Origin: Euprymna scolopes
Taxonomy: Eukaryota
DNA length: 64,000 nt
Reading direction: 5' to 3' (one strand)
Assembly (NCBI GenBank): GCA_053919585.1
Contig: CM132787.1
Below the pieces are notes generated by a model. That model was not told the DNA's origin. It searched no databases and saw only the letters and a program-made list of their open reading frames with translations. The position numbers were made by a program, and so were the translations under genes. Numbering within the stretch: position 1 is the stretch's first letter; every line of letters begins with the position of its first letter. Positions 22,719 to 37,400 of the stretch are shown here, in pieces.

Positions 22719-24422
22719 AAAGTTATATAAGGTGATGATGTTTGAATATATATTAAGAATAGTTGTGATTGGGTTGTCAAATGAGAGGAAGAAGATGCGC
22801 CCCCTTCCTATTCGTTCGCTTCAACGAATGTAGACGGGAGACAACATAAGTGTGTATCAAATGTCCAGGTATTTTATTTACGTTTAGTCCAGGCGTTTAT
22901 GACCTCGGCTGAATAAGTTATCTAAAATAATTTCTCCTTCTCCTTTTATTGTGTACATCAAGTCTAAGAGGAATTGCCTCGAAAAGAAGCGACTACGTGC
23001 GATCAAATAAAACAGATAAAATGGACGTGAATAGGTCAGAAGGTCCACAACACAACAATTAAAGCGAATATAAACCGTCTCCTTATATAGTCTTTGCTCA
23101 GCAAATCACATTAAAATACATAGAAGAGAAAATAATTGCATGAAAAATACAATAATAACAAAAACAATGCTGAAAACAAAACAGTAATAAGAAAAATACT
23201 ACAACTTAAAAATATAACATAAAACCAAAATAAAATCAGGAAACAAATGAAAACAACGATAAAATAAATGATGGGATCATTTGATAGAAAGAAATCGGTT
23301 AAGCGTAAAACGAACGGCCATTACACGTTTTCGCTTTTTGTGTATGGATAACTTTAGTTAGAAAAATTTCCAAGAAGTTTCAAAAGTTTTACATTTGATA
23401 GATTACTCTGTTCTCGTTCTTTTGAATCTATAGAGTGATCTAGCTGATTGTAATACGAAAAGGATCCATATCTACAAATTCTGAAAGGTCATAGCGATCA
23501 GGTATGAAACTTGATTAATTTGTCTTGTAAATGACACATTAACCACCTTTAAATTGTTTAATACATGCAAAGAATTTATATTGCCAACTAGTTACTAGCG
23601 TAGCGAAATCTTAATAGAAATATAGCATGTCATAGGAGATAAATAATAAAACACCAACTGAGTAAAACTTGGTATATGTCTTTCTAAATGTGAAACTCTT
23701 TCTGTTGTGTGCACTTACCTATGCACTCTTCCGAACTGGAGAAATATACTGAGAGACACGACTCTCGGGGTTGTCAGTGTACTTTCATAGTACACATGAG
23801 TCGAGAGTCCAACGTCAACAATCAGTTTGACATAAATTGGGCCATTTAGATGGCCTTTTTACTGTTGGAGGTCCACTCTCACGAGTCTTTCCTCCCGACT
23901 TTCGGGAGGAGCAAGTTTATCATTTGTTCTTTGAGGCGCCCCCACCGGGGAATGCCGACAGCGCTACTCATACTTATTTTTGCAGAACCATAGTGCTCTT
24001 TCTACTGGTGTGTTGGCTCATTTCCCCACCTTCCGACATTATGATACGTCCTCTCGCGGTGGTCAGTGTACTTTCGTAATCCGCCATCTTGGTGGTACTT
24101 ACTACGACGGTTGCTCTTGTATGTGCTCTTTTTAGTTTCAATATATTTGACCTTTTTTTTTTATTCATTTTCGTATGCGTGTTTTCCTTCGTGATCCTTT
24201 CAGAACAACAACAACTTGGTGACAAAGCATTCGAATTTAAAAAGTGTATCTCAACAACAATTTCGTGAGTCTACGAGTAATCGGAATTCTAAATACCTAA
24301 GTGTCTACGACATTTTTGGGGTGTCACATATTCAAATTCACGAAACTAAAAATTCACAATAACTGAAATTGGAAAAAAGAAAACCAATAAATAAATAATA
24401 AAAGAAAATATATTCACACATT

Positions 24423-24782
24423 TCACAAAAATGTAACTGTTCTCATATGCTTCAATAAATTTGATTTTTCCGAAGTAGAATATGCACACACTTCACAAAA
24501 ATATGGCCTTTCCCCAGTATGAGTTCTCATATGTTGTACTAAATGTGATTTTTGAGAACAAAAATACCCACACACTTTACAAGAATGTGGCTTTTCACCA
24601 GAGTGAGTTCTCATATGTTTCACTAAATCTGTTTTCTGAGAACAAGAATATCCACAAACTTTACAAGAATGTGGCTTTTCCCCAGTATGAGTTCTTACAT
24701 GTCTGGCTAAATTTGGTTTTGCAGAAGAAGAATATCCACACACTTCACAAGAATATATCTTTTCCTTGTTGTTTACCTCCAT
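24423..24782 (-). CDS. C2H2 (Kruppel-type) zinc-finger protein with 3 intact fingers and 1 truncated finger; possibly a pseudogene
   Basis: CxxC-x12-HxxxH repeats with TGEKP/SGEKP/TGERP linkers. Finger 4 lacks its second His. An out-of-frame fifth finger start (HFCEMCEY) overlaps the stop codon. An in-frame stop lies just upstream of the ATG. Confidence 0.85.
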   Translation of the reverse strand: MEVNNKEKIYSCEVCGYSSSAKPNLARHVRTHTGEKPHSCKVCGYSCSQKTDLVKHMRTHSGEKPHSCKVCGYFCSQKSHLVQHMRTHTGERPYFCEVCAYSTSEKSNLLKHMRTVTFL

Positions 24783-25063
24783 ATTTTATAAAATTTACCC
24801 TGGAATATGCTTACCAACGTTGTTACTAATAATATGGTATTTTATCCTTGTAGTTTTAGTCTTTATAAACACATATTTAACAAATGGAAATATAATCTTT
24901 GAGATGTGTTATTTTTTAGAGAATTTGTAATCTAGTAGCATCATGAGAAATAAATATCTTCATAGACACCGGTGTTGTCTCCCACATAAGGCAATAATTT
25001 CGAATAGAATGGTGGTTAAAGAAAATGATAGTCCAGTCAATAAAGGCGTTCAAGCTGGTACAT

Positions 25064-25080
25064 CTGTAAATAAAAAAAAA
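25064..25080 (-). promoter_or_regulatory. Candidate splice acceptor for the exon containing the zinc-finger ORF
   Basis: Minus strand TTTTTTTTTATTTACAG|ATG at 25064, about 280 nt upstream of the ZF start codon. Confidence 0.5.
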
Positions 25081-25497
25081 TGAATTAAATTCAATATTTT
25101 AGTATCACAATTCATAGGTTAGTATTCTCTTTGTTTATTATCAGGGATGTTATTGGATGTAGCCTACAACTTATATATGGATTTTAACTAAAGCCCATAT
25201 GGAACATTAAAAATCACAAAATATTTCTTAGAGATAATTGCCTTAAATTACTGGTGATTAAAGAGCCCTCCAGTAGTCATGAATTGAAATGTAACAACTG
25301 AAGAAGATTAACCGAATGTATGATTGAGTATCACTGAAAATGAAAAACAAAATGCAAATAAAATCGGGATAACCACATATCCTCTGGTTGCTGATATAAA
25401 AATTTAAAGATCTCGACTGGAATAGAGTATTTTCTGTCTTTGTTTCTGGTGGTCAGTCTACCCAGAGTTGACATCTCTCTCTCTCTCTGCGGGAAAA

Positions 25498-28400
25498 GGA
25501 AAATAAAAAATGTACCAATCATTGCATATCATATGGAAAATACAAAGTGTACCAATCATTGCATATCATATGGAAAATAAAAATTGTACCAATCATTGCA
25601 TATCATATAGAAAAAAAAAGTGTACCAATCATTGAATATCATATGGAAAATAAAAAGTGTACAAATAATTGCATATCATATAGAAAATAAAAAGTGTACC
25701 AATCATTGCATATCATATGGACAATAAAAAGTGGACCAATCATTGCATATCATATGGAAAATAAAAAATGTACTAATCATTGCATATCATATGGAAAATA
25801 AAAAGTGTACCAATCATCGCATATCATATGGAAAATAAAAAGTGGACCAATCATTGCATATCATATGGAAAATAAAAAATGTACCTATCATTGCATATCA
25901 TATGGAAAATTAAAAGTGGACCAATCATTCCATATCATATGGAAAATAAAAAGTGTACCAATCATTGAATATCATATGGAAAATAAAAAGTGTACCAATC
26001 ACTGCATATCATATGGAAAATAACAAGTGTACCAATTATTGCATATCATATGAAAAATAAAAAGTGTACCAATCATTGCATATCATAATGAAAATAAAAA
26101 GTGCACCAATCATTGCATATCATATGGAAAATAAAAAGTGTACCAATTATTGCATATCATATGGAAAATAAAAAGTGGACCAATCATTGCATATCATATG
26201 GAACATAAAAAGTGGACCAATCATTGAATATCATATGGCAAATAAAAAGTGTACCAATCATTGCATATCATATGGAAAATAAAAAGTGTACAAATCATTG
26301 CATATCATATGGAAAATTAAAAGTGGACCAATCATTGCATATCATATGGAAAATAAAAAGTGTACAAATCATTGCATATCATATGGAAAATAAAATGTGT
26401 ACAAAACATAGAATATCATATGGAAAATAAAAAGTGTACAAATCATTGCATATCATATGGAAAATAAAAAGTGTACAAATCATTGCATATCATATGGAAA
26501 ATAAAAAGTGGACCAATCATTGCATATCATATGGAAAATAAAAAGTGTACTAATCATTGCATATCATATGGAAAATAAAAAGTGTACCAATCATTGCATA
26601 TCATATGGAAAATACAAAGTGTACCAATCACTGCATATCATATGGAAAATAAAAAGTGTACCAATCATTGCATATCATATGGAAAATAAAATGTGTACAA
26701 ATCATTGCATATCATATGGAAAATAAAAAGTGGACCAATCATTGCATATCATATGGAAAATAAAAAGTGGACCAATCATTGCATATCATATGGAAAATAA
26801 AAAGTGGACCAATCATTGCATATCATATGGAAAATAAAATGTGTACCAATCATTGCATATCATATGGAAAATACAAAGTGTACCAATCATTGCATATCAT
26901 ATGGAAAATACAAAGTGTACCAATCATTGCATATACTATGGAAAATAAAAAGTGTACAAATCATTGCATATCATATGGAAAATAAAATGTGTACAAAACA
27001 TTGAATATCATATGGAAAATAAAAAGTGTACAAATAATTGCATATCATATGGAAAATAAAAAGTGTACAAATCATTGCATATCATATGGAAAATAAAAAG
27101 TGGACCAATCATTGCATATCATATGGAAAATAAAAAGTGTACTAATCATTGCATATCATATGGAAAAAAAAGTGTACAAATCATTGCATATCATATGGAA
27201 AATAATAAGTGTACCAATCATTGCATATCATATGGAAAATAAAATGTGTACCAATCATTGCATATCATATGGAAAATAAAAAGTTGACCAATCATTGCAT
27301 ATCATATGGAAAATAAAAAGTGGACCAATCATTGCATATCTTATGGAAAATAAAATGTGTACCAATCACTGCATATCATATGGAAAATAAAAAGTGTACC
27401 TATCATTGCATATCATATGGAAAATACAAAGTGAACCAATCATTGCATATCATATGGAAAATAAAAAGTGTACAAATCATTGCATATCATATGGAAAATA
27501 AAATGTGTACAAAACATTGAATATCATATGGAAAATAAAAAGTGTACAAACCATTGCATATCATATCGAAAATCAAAAGTGGACCAATCATTGCATATCA
27601 TATGGAAAATAAAAAGTGTACTAATCATTGCATATCATATGGAAAATAAAAAGTTGACCAATCATTGCATATCATATGGAAAATCAAAAGTGTACCAATC
27701 ATTGAATATCATATGGAAAATCAAAAGTGGACCAATCATTGCATATCATATTGAAAATCAAAAGTGGACCAATCATTGCATATCATATCGAAAATAAAAA
27801 GTGGACCAATCATCGCATATCATATCGAAAAAAAAAAGTGTACCAATCATTGCATATCATATGGAAAATAAAATGTGTACAAAACATTGAACATCATATG
27901 GAAAATAAAAAGTGTTCCAATCATTGCATATCATATGGAAAATAAAAAGTGTACCAATCATTGCATATCATATGGAAAATAAAATGTGTACCAATCATTG
28001 CATATCATATGGAAATAAAAAGTGTACCAATCATTGCATATCATATGGAAAATAAAATGTGTACAAAACATTGAATATCATATGGAAAATAAAAAGTGTA
28101 CCAATCATTGCATATCATATGGAAAATCAAAAGTGGACAAATCATTGCATATCATATGGAAAATAAAAAGTGGACAAATCATTGCATATCATATGGAAAA
28201 TACAATGTGTACAAAACATTGAATATCATATGGAAAATAAAAAGTGTACCAATCATTGCATATCATATGGAAAATAAAAAGTGTACTAATCATTGCATAT
28301 CATATGGAAAATAAAATGTGTACCAATCATTGCATATCATATGGAAAATAAAAAGTGTACCAATCATTGCATATCATATGGAAAATTAAATGTGTACCAA

Positions 28401-31400
28401 TCATTGCATATCATATGGAAAATACAAAGTGTACCAATCATTGCATATCATATGGAAAATAAAAAGTGTACCAATCATTGCATATCATATGGAAAATTAA
28501 ATGTGTACCAATCATTGCATATCATATGGAAAATAAAAAGTGTACCAATCATTGCATATCATATGGAAAATAAAATGTGTACCCATCATTGCATATCATA
28601 TCCAAAATAAAAAGTGTACCAATCATTGCATATCATATGGAAAATAAAAAGTGTACAAATCATTGCATATCATATGGAAAATTAAAAAGTGTACCAATAA
28701 TTGCATATCATATGGAAAATAAAAAGTGTACCAATCATTTCATATCATATGGAAAATACAAAGTGTACCAATCATTGCATATCATATGGAAAATAAAAAG
28801 TGTACCAATCAATGCATATCATATGGAAAACACCAAGTGTACAACTCATAGCATATCATATGGAAAATAAAAAGTGTACCAATCATAGCATATCATATGG
28901 AAAATAAAAAGTGTACCAATCATTGCATATCATATCGAAAATAAAAAGTGGACCAATCATTGCATATCATATGGCAAAACAAAAGGTGACCAATCATTTC
29001 ATATCATATGGAAAATAAACAGTTGACCAATCATTGCATATCATATGGAAAATAAAAAGTGTACAAATCGTTGCATATCATATGGAAAAAAAGTGTACCA
29101 AACATTGCATATCATATGGAAAATAAAAAGTGTACAAATCATTGCATATCATATGGAAAATCAAAAGTGGACCAATCATTGCATATCATATGGAAAATAA
29201 AAAGTGTACAAATCATTGCATATCATATGGATAATAAAAAGTGTACAAATCATTGCATATCATATGGAAAATCAAAAGTGGACCAATCATTGCGTATCAT
29301 ATGGAAAATAAAAAGTGTACAAATCATTGCATATCATATAGAAAATAAAATGTGTACAAATCATTGCATATCATATGGAAAATAAAATGTGTACAAATCA
29401 TTGCATATCATATGGACAATCAAAAGTGGACCAATCATTGCATATCATATGGAAAATAAAAAGTGTACTAATCATTGCATATCATATGGAAAATAAAAAG
29501 TGTACCAATCATTGCATATCATATGGAAAATAAAAAGTGTACCAATCATTGCATATCATATGGAAAATAAAAAGTGTACCAATCATTGCATATCATATGG
29601 AAAATAAGATGTGTACCAATCATTGCATATCATATGGAAATCAAAAAGTGGACCAATCATTGCATATCATATTGAAAATAAAAAGTGTACCAATCATTGC
29701 ATATCATATGGAAAAAAAAAGTGGACCAATCATTGCATATCATATGGAAAATAAAAAGTGTACCAATCATTGATTATCATATGGAAAAAAGAAAGTGTAC
29801 CAATCATTGCATATCATATGGAAAATAAAATGTGTACCAATCATTGCATATCATATGGAAAAAAAAGTGTACCCATCATTGCATATCATATGGAAAATAA
29901 AAAGTGTACCAATCATTGCATATCATATGGAAAATAAAAAGTCGACAAATCATTGCATATCATATGGAAAAAAAAGTGTACCAATCATTGCATATCATAT
30001 GGAAAATAAAATGTGTACCAATCATTGCATATCATATGGAAAATAAAAAGTGTACCAATCATTGCATATCATATGGAAAATAAAATGTGTACCAATCATT
30101 GCATATCATATGGAAAAAAAGTGTACCAATCATTGCATATCATATAGAAAATAAAAAGTGTACCAATCATTGCATATCATATGGAAAATAAAATGTGTAC
30201 CAATCATTGCATATCGAATGGAAAATAAAAAGTGTACTAATCATTGCATATCATATGGAAAATAAAATGTGTACCAATCATTGCATATTATATGGAAAAT
30301 AAAAAGTGTACCAATCATTGCATATCATATAGAAAATAAAAAGTGTACCAATCATTGCATATCATATGGAAAAAGAAGTGTACCAATCATTGCATATCAA
30401 ATGGAAAATAAAATGTGTACCAATCATTGCATATCATATGGAAAATAAAAAGTGTACCAATCATGTCATATTATATGGAAAATACAAAGTGTACCAATCA
30501 TTGCATATCATATGGAAAATAAAAATTGTACAAATCATTGCATATCATATGGAAAATAAAATGTGTACAAAACATTGAATATCATATGGAAAATCAAAAG
30601 TGGACCAATCATTGCATATTATATGAAAAATAAAAGTGTACAAATCATTGCATATCATATGGAAAATCAAAAGTGGACCAATCATTGCATATCATATGGA
30701 AAATAAAATGTGTACCAATCATTGCATATCATATGGATAATAAAAAGTGTACAAATCATTGCAAATTATATGGAAAATCAAAAGTGGACCAATCATTTCG
30801 TATCATATGGAAAATAAAAAGTGTACAAATCATTGCATATCATATAGAAAATAAAATGTGTACAAATCATTGCATATCATATGGAAAATAAAATGTGTAC
30901 CAATCATTGCATATCATATGGAAAATCAAAAGTGGACCAATCATTGCATATCATATGGAAAATAAAAAGTGTACAAATCATTGCATATCATATGGAAAAT
31001 CAAAAGTGGACCAATCATTGCATATCATATGGAAAATAAAAAGTGTACAAATCATTGCATTTCATATGGATAATAAAAAGTGTACAAATCATTGCATATT
31101 ATATGGAAAATCAAAAGTGGACCAATCATTGCGTATCATATGGAAAATAAAAAGTGTACAAATGATTGCATATTATATAGAACATTAAATGTGTACAAAT
31201 CATTGCATATCATATGGAAAATAAAATGTGTACAAATCATTGCATATCATATGGAAAATAAAATGTGTACAAATCATTGCATATCATATGGAAAATCAAA
31301 AGTGGACCAATCATTGCATATCATATTGACAATAAAAAGTGTACCAATCATTGCATATCATATGGAAAATAAAAAGTGTACCAATCATTGCATATCAAAT

Positions 31401-34400
31401 GGAAAATAAAAAGTGGGCCATTCATTGCATATTATATGGAAAATAAAATGTGTACCAATCATTGCATATCATATGGAAAATAAAAAGTGTTCCAATCATT
31501 GCATATCATATGGAAAAAAAAATGTGTACCACTCATTGCATATCATATGGAAAATAAAAAGTGGACCAATCATTGCATATTATATGGAAAATAAAAAGTG
31601 TACCAATCATTGCATATCATATGGAAAATAAAAAGTGTACCAATCATTGCATATCATATGGAAAATAAAAAGTGTACCAATCATTGCATATCATATGGAA
31701 AATAAAAAGTGTACCAATAATTGCATATCATATTGAAAATAAAATGTGTACCAATAATTGCATATCATATGGAAAATAAAAAGTGGACCAATCATTGCAT
31801 ATCATATGGAAAATAAAAAGTGTACCAATCATTGCATATTATATGGAAAATAAAAAGTGTACCAATCATTGCATATCATATGGAAAATAAAAAGTGTACA
31901 AATCATTGCATATCATATGGAAAATAAACAGTGTACCAATCATTGCATATGATATGGCAAATAAAAAGTGTACCAATCATTGCATATCATATGGAAAATA
32001 AAATGTGTGCAAAACATTGAATATCATATGGAACATTAAAAGTGGACCAATCATTGCATATCATATGGAAAATAAAAAGTGTACAAATCATTGCATATCA
32101 TATGGAAAATCAAAAGTGGACCAATCATTGCATATCATATGGAAAATAAACAGTGTACAAATCATTGCATATCATATGGATAATAAAAAGTGTACAAATC
32201 ATTGCATATCATATGGAAAAAAAAAGTGTACAAATCATTGCATATCATATAGAACATAAAATGTGTACAAATCATTGCATATCATATGGAAAAAAAATAT
32301 GTACCAATCATTGCATATCATATGGAAAATAAAAAGTGGACCAATCATTGCATATCATATGGAAAAAAAAAGTGTACTAATCATTGCATATCATATGGAA
32401 AATAAAAAGTGTACCAATCATTGCATATCATATGGAAAATAAGATGTGTACCAATCATTGCATATCATATGGAAAATAAAAAGTGGACCAATCCTTGCAT
32501 ATCATATTGAAAATAAAAAGTGTACCAATCATTGCATATCATATGGAAAATAAAAAGTGGACAAATCATTGCATATCATATGGAAAATAAAATGTTTACA
32601 AATCATTGCATATCATATGGAAAATAAAAAGTGGACCAATCATTGCATATCATATGGAAAATAAAAAGTGTACCAATCATTGATTATCATATGGAAAAAA
32701 AAGTGTACCAATCATTGCATATCATATGGAAAATAAAATGTGTACCAATCATTGCATATCATATGGAAAAAAAGTGGACCAATCATTGCATATCATATGG
32801 AAAATAAAAAAGTTCACCAATCATTGCATATCATATGGAAAATAAAATGTGTACCAATCATTGCATATCATATGGAAAATAAAAAGTGGACCAATCATTG
32901 CATATCATATGGAAAATAAAATGTGTACCAACGATTGCATATCATATGGAAAACAAAAAGTGTACCAATCATTGCATATCATATGGAAAATAAAATGTGT
33001 ACCAATCATTGCATATCATATGGAAAATAAACAGTGGACCAATAATTGCATATCATATGGAAAATAACAAGATGACCAATCATTGCATATCATATGGAAA
33101 ATAAAAAGTGTACCAATCATTGCATATCATATGGAAAATAAAAAGTGTACCAATAATTGCATATTATATGGAAAATAAAAAGTGTACAAATCATTTCATA
33201 TCATATGGAAAATAAAAAATGTACCAATCATTGCATATCATATGGAAAATAAAATGTGTACCAATCATTGCATATCATATTGAACATAAAAAATGTACCA
33301 ATCAGTGCATATCATATGGAAAATAAAATGTGTACCAATCATTGCATATCATATGGAAAATAAAAAAGGTACCAATCATTGCATATCATATTGAAAATAA
33401 AAAGTGTACCAATCATTGCATATCATATGGAAAATCAAAAGTGTACCAATCATTGCATATCATATGGAAAATAAAAAATGTACCAATCATTGCATATCAT
33501 ATGGAAAATAAAATGTGTACCAATCATTGCATATCATATGGAAAATAAAAAATGTACCAATCATTGCATATCATATGGAAAATAAAATGTGTACCAATCA
33601 TTGCATATCATATAGAAAATAAAAAGTGGACATATCATTGCATATCATATGGAAAATTAAAAGTGGACCAATCATTGCATATCATATGGAAAATAAAAAG
33701 TGTACCAATCATGTCATATAATATGGAAAATAACAAGTGGACCAATCATTGCATATAATACGGAAAATAAAAAGTGTACCAATCATGTCATATAATATGG
33801 AAAATAAAAAGTGTACCAATCATTGCATATCATATGGAAAATCAAAAGTGTACCAATCATAGCATATCATATGGAAAATAAAAAGTGTACCAATCATTGC
33901 ATATCATATGGAAAATAAAAAGTGTACCAATTATTGCATATCATATGGAAAATCAAAAGTGTACCAATCATTGCATATCATATGGAAAATCAAAAGTGTA
34001 CCAATCATTGCATATCATATGGAAAATAAAAAGTGTACCAATCATTGCATATCATATGGAAAATAAAAAGTGTACCAATCATTGCATATCATATGGAAAA
34101 TAAAAAGTGTACCAATCATTGCATATCATATGGAAAAGAAAAAGTGTACCAATCATTGCATATCATATGGAAAATAAAAAGTGTACCAATCATTGCATAT
34201 CATATGGAAAATAAAAAGTGTACCAATCATTGCATATCATATGGAAAATAAAATGTGTACGAATCATTGCATATCATGTGGAAAATAACAAGTGTACCAA
34301 TCATTGCATATCATATGGAAAATAAAATGTGTACCAATCATTGCATATCATATGGAAAATAACAAGTGTACCAATTATGGCATATCATATGGAAAATAAA

Positions 34401-37400
34401 AAGTGTACCAATCATTGCATATCATATGGAAAACAAAATGTGTACCAATCATTGCATATCATGTGGAAAATAAAATGTGTACCAATCATTGCATATCATG
34501 TGGAAAATAACAAGTGTACCAATCATTGCATATCATATGGAAAATAAAAAGTGAACCAATCATTGCATATCATATGGAAAACAAAATGTGTACCAATCAT
34601 TGCATATCATGTGGAAAATAACAAGTGTACCAATCATTGCATATCATATGGAAAATAAAAAGTTTACCAATCATTGCATATCATATGGAAAATAAAATGT
34701 GTACCAATCATTGCATATCATATGGAAAATTAAAAGTGGACCAATCATTGCATATCATATGGAAAATAAAAAGTGTACCAATCATTGCATATCATATGGA
34801 AAATAAAAAGTGTACCAATCATTGCATATCATATGGAAAATAAAATATTACCAATCATTGCATATCATATGGAAAATAAAAAGTGGACCAATCATTGCAT
34901 ATCATATGGAAAATAAAATTTGTACCAATCATTGCATATCATATGGAAAATAAAACGTGTACCAATCATTGCATATCATATGGAAAATAAAAAGTGGACA
35001 AATCATTGCATATCATATTGAAAAAAAAAGTGGACCAATCATTGCATATCGTACGGAAAATAAAATGTGTACCAATTATTGCATATCATATGGAAAATAA
35101 AAAGTGTACCAACAATTGCATATCATATGGAAAATAAAAAGTGTACCAATCATTGCATATCATATGGAAAATAAAATGTGTACCAATCATTGATTATCAT
35201 ATGGAAAATAAAATGTGTACCAATCCTTGCATATCATATGGAAAATAAAAAGTGGACCAATCATTGCATATCATATGGAAAATAAAATGTGTACCAATCA
35301 TTGCATATCATATAGAAAATAAAAAGTGGACAAATCATTGCATATCATATAGAAAATAAAATGTGTACCAATCATTGCATATCACATGGAAAATAAAAAG
35401 TGTACCAATCATTGCATATCATATGGAAAATAAAATGTGTACCAATCATTGCATATCATATGGAAAATAAAAAGTGTACCAATCATTGCATATCATATGG
35501 AAAATAAAAAGTGGACCATTCATTGCATATCATATGGAAAATAAAATGTGTACCAATCATTGCATATCATATGGAAAATAAAAAGTGTTCCAATCATTGC
35601 ATATCATATGGAAAATAAAATGTGTACCAATCATTGCATATCATATGGAAAATAAAAAGTGGACCAATCATTGCATATCATATGGAAAATAAAAAGTAGA
35701 CCAATCATTGCATATCATATGGAAAATAAAAAGTGTACCATTCATTGCATATCATATGGAAAATAAAAAGTGTACCAATCATTGCATATCATATGGAAAA
35801 TAAAATGTGTACCAATCATTGCATATCATATGGAAAATAAAAAGTGAACCAATCATTGCATATCATATGGAAAATAAAAAGTGTACCAATCATTGCATAT
35901 TATATGGAAAATAAAAAGTGTACCAATCATTGCATATCATATGGAAAATTAAAAGTGTACAAATCATTGCATATCATATGGAAAATAAACAGTGTACCAA
36001 TCATTGCATATCATATGGAAAATAAAAAGTGTACCAATCATTGCATATCATATGGAAAATAAAAAGTGTACCAATCATAACATATCGTATGGAAAATAAA
36101 AAGTGCACCAATCATTGCATATCATATGAAAAATGAAATGTGTACCAATCATTGCATATCATATGGAAAATGAAATGTGTACCAATCATGGCATATCATA
36201 TGGAAAATAAAAAGTGTACCAATCATTGCATATCATATGGAAAATAAACAGTGTACCAATCATTGCATATCATATGGAAAATAAAAAGTGTACCAATCAT
36301 TGCATATCATATGGAAAATTAAAAAGTGTACCAATCATTGCATATCATATAGCAAAATAAAAAATGTACCAATCATTGCATATCATATGGAAAATAAAAA
36401 GTGTACCTATAATTGAATATCCTATGGAAAATAACAAGTGCACCAATCATTGCATATCATATGGAAAAAAAAGTGGACCAATCATTGCATATCATATGGA
36501 AAATAAAATGTGTACCAATCATTGCATATCATATGGAAAATAAACAGTGTACAAATCATTGCATATCATATGGATAATAAAAAGTGTACAAATCATTGCA
36601 TATCATATGGAAAATAAAAAGTGTACAAATCATTGCATATCATATAGAACATAAAATGTGTACAAATCATTGCATATCATATGGAAAATAAAATGTGTAC
36701 CAATCATTGCATATCATATGGAAAATAAAAAGTGGACCAATCATTGCATATCATATGGAAAATAAAAAGTGTACTAATCATTGCATATCATATGGAAAAT
36801 AAAAAGTGTACCAATCATTGCATATCATATGGAAAATAAGATGTGTACCAATCATTGCATATCATATGGAAAATAAAAAGTGGACCAATCCTTGCATATC
36901 ATATTGAAAATAAAAAGTGTACCAATCATTGCATATCATATGGAAAATAAAAAGTGGACCAATCATTGCATATCATATGGAAAATAAAATGTTTACAAAT
37001 CATTGCATATCATATGGAAAATAAAAAAGTGGACCAATCATTGCATATCATATGGAAAATAAAAAGTGTACCAATCATTGATTATCATATGGAAAAAAAA
37101 GTGTACCAATTATTGCATATAATATGGAAAATACAATGTGTACCAATCATTGCATATCATATGGAAAAAAAGTGGACCAATCATTGCATATCATATGGAA
37201 AATAAAAAAGTTCACCAATCATTGCATATCATATGGAAAATAAAATGTGTACCAATCATTGCATATCATATGGAAAATAAAAAGCGTACAAATCATTGCA
37301 TATCATATGGAACATAAAATGTCTACCAATCATTGCATATCATATGGAAAATAAAAAGTGGACCAATCATTGCATATCATATGGAAAATAAAATGTGTAC

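Noticed and set aside
24482-24829. 115-aa plus-strand ORF
   Set aside because: It is the antisense shadow of the zinc-finger repeats.
24423-25600. Satellite derived from the ZF coding sequence (CATATG/GGAAAA resemblance to the HTGEK linker)
   Set aside because: Only short AT-rich words are shared, and a 37-bp period is incompatible with the 84-bp finger repeat.
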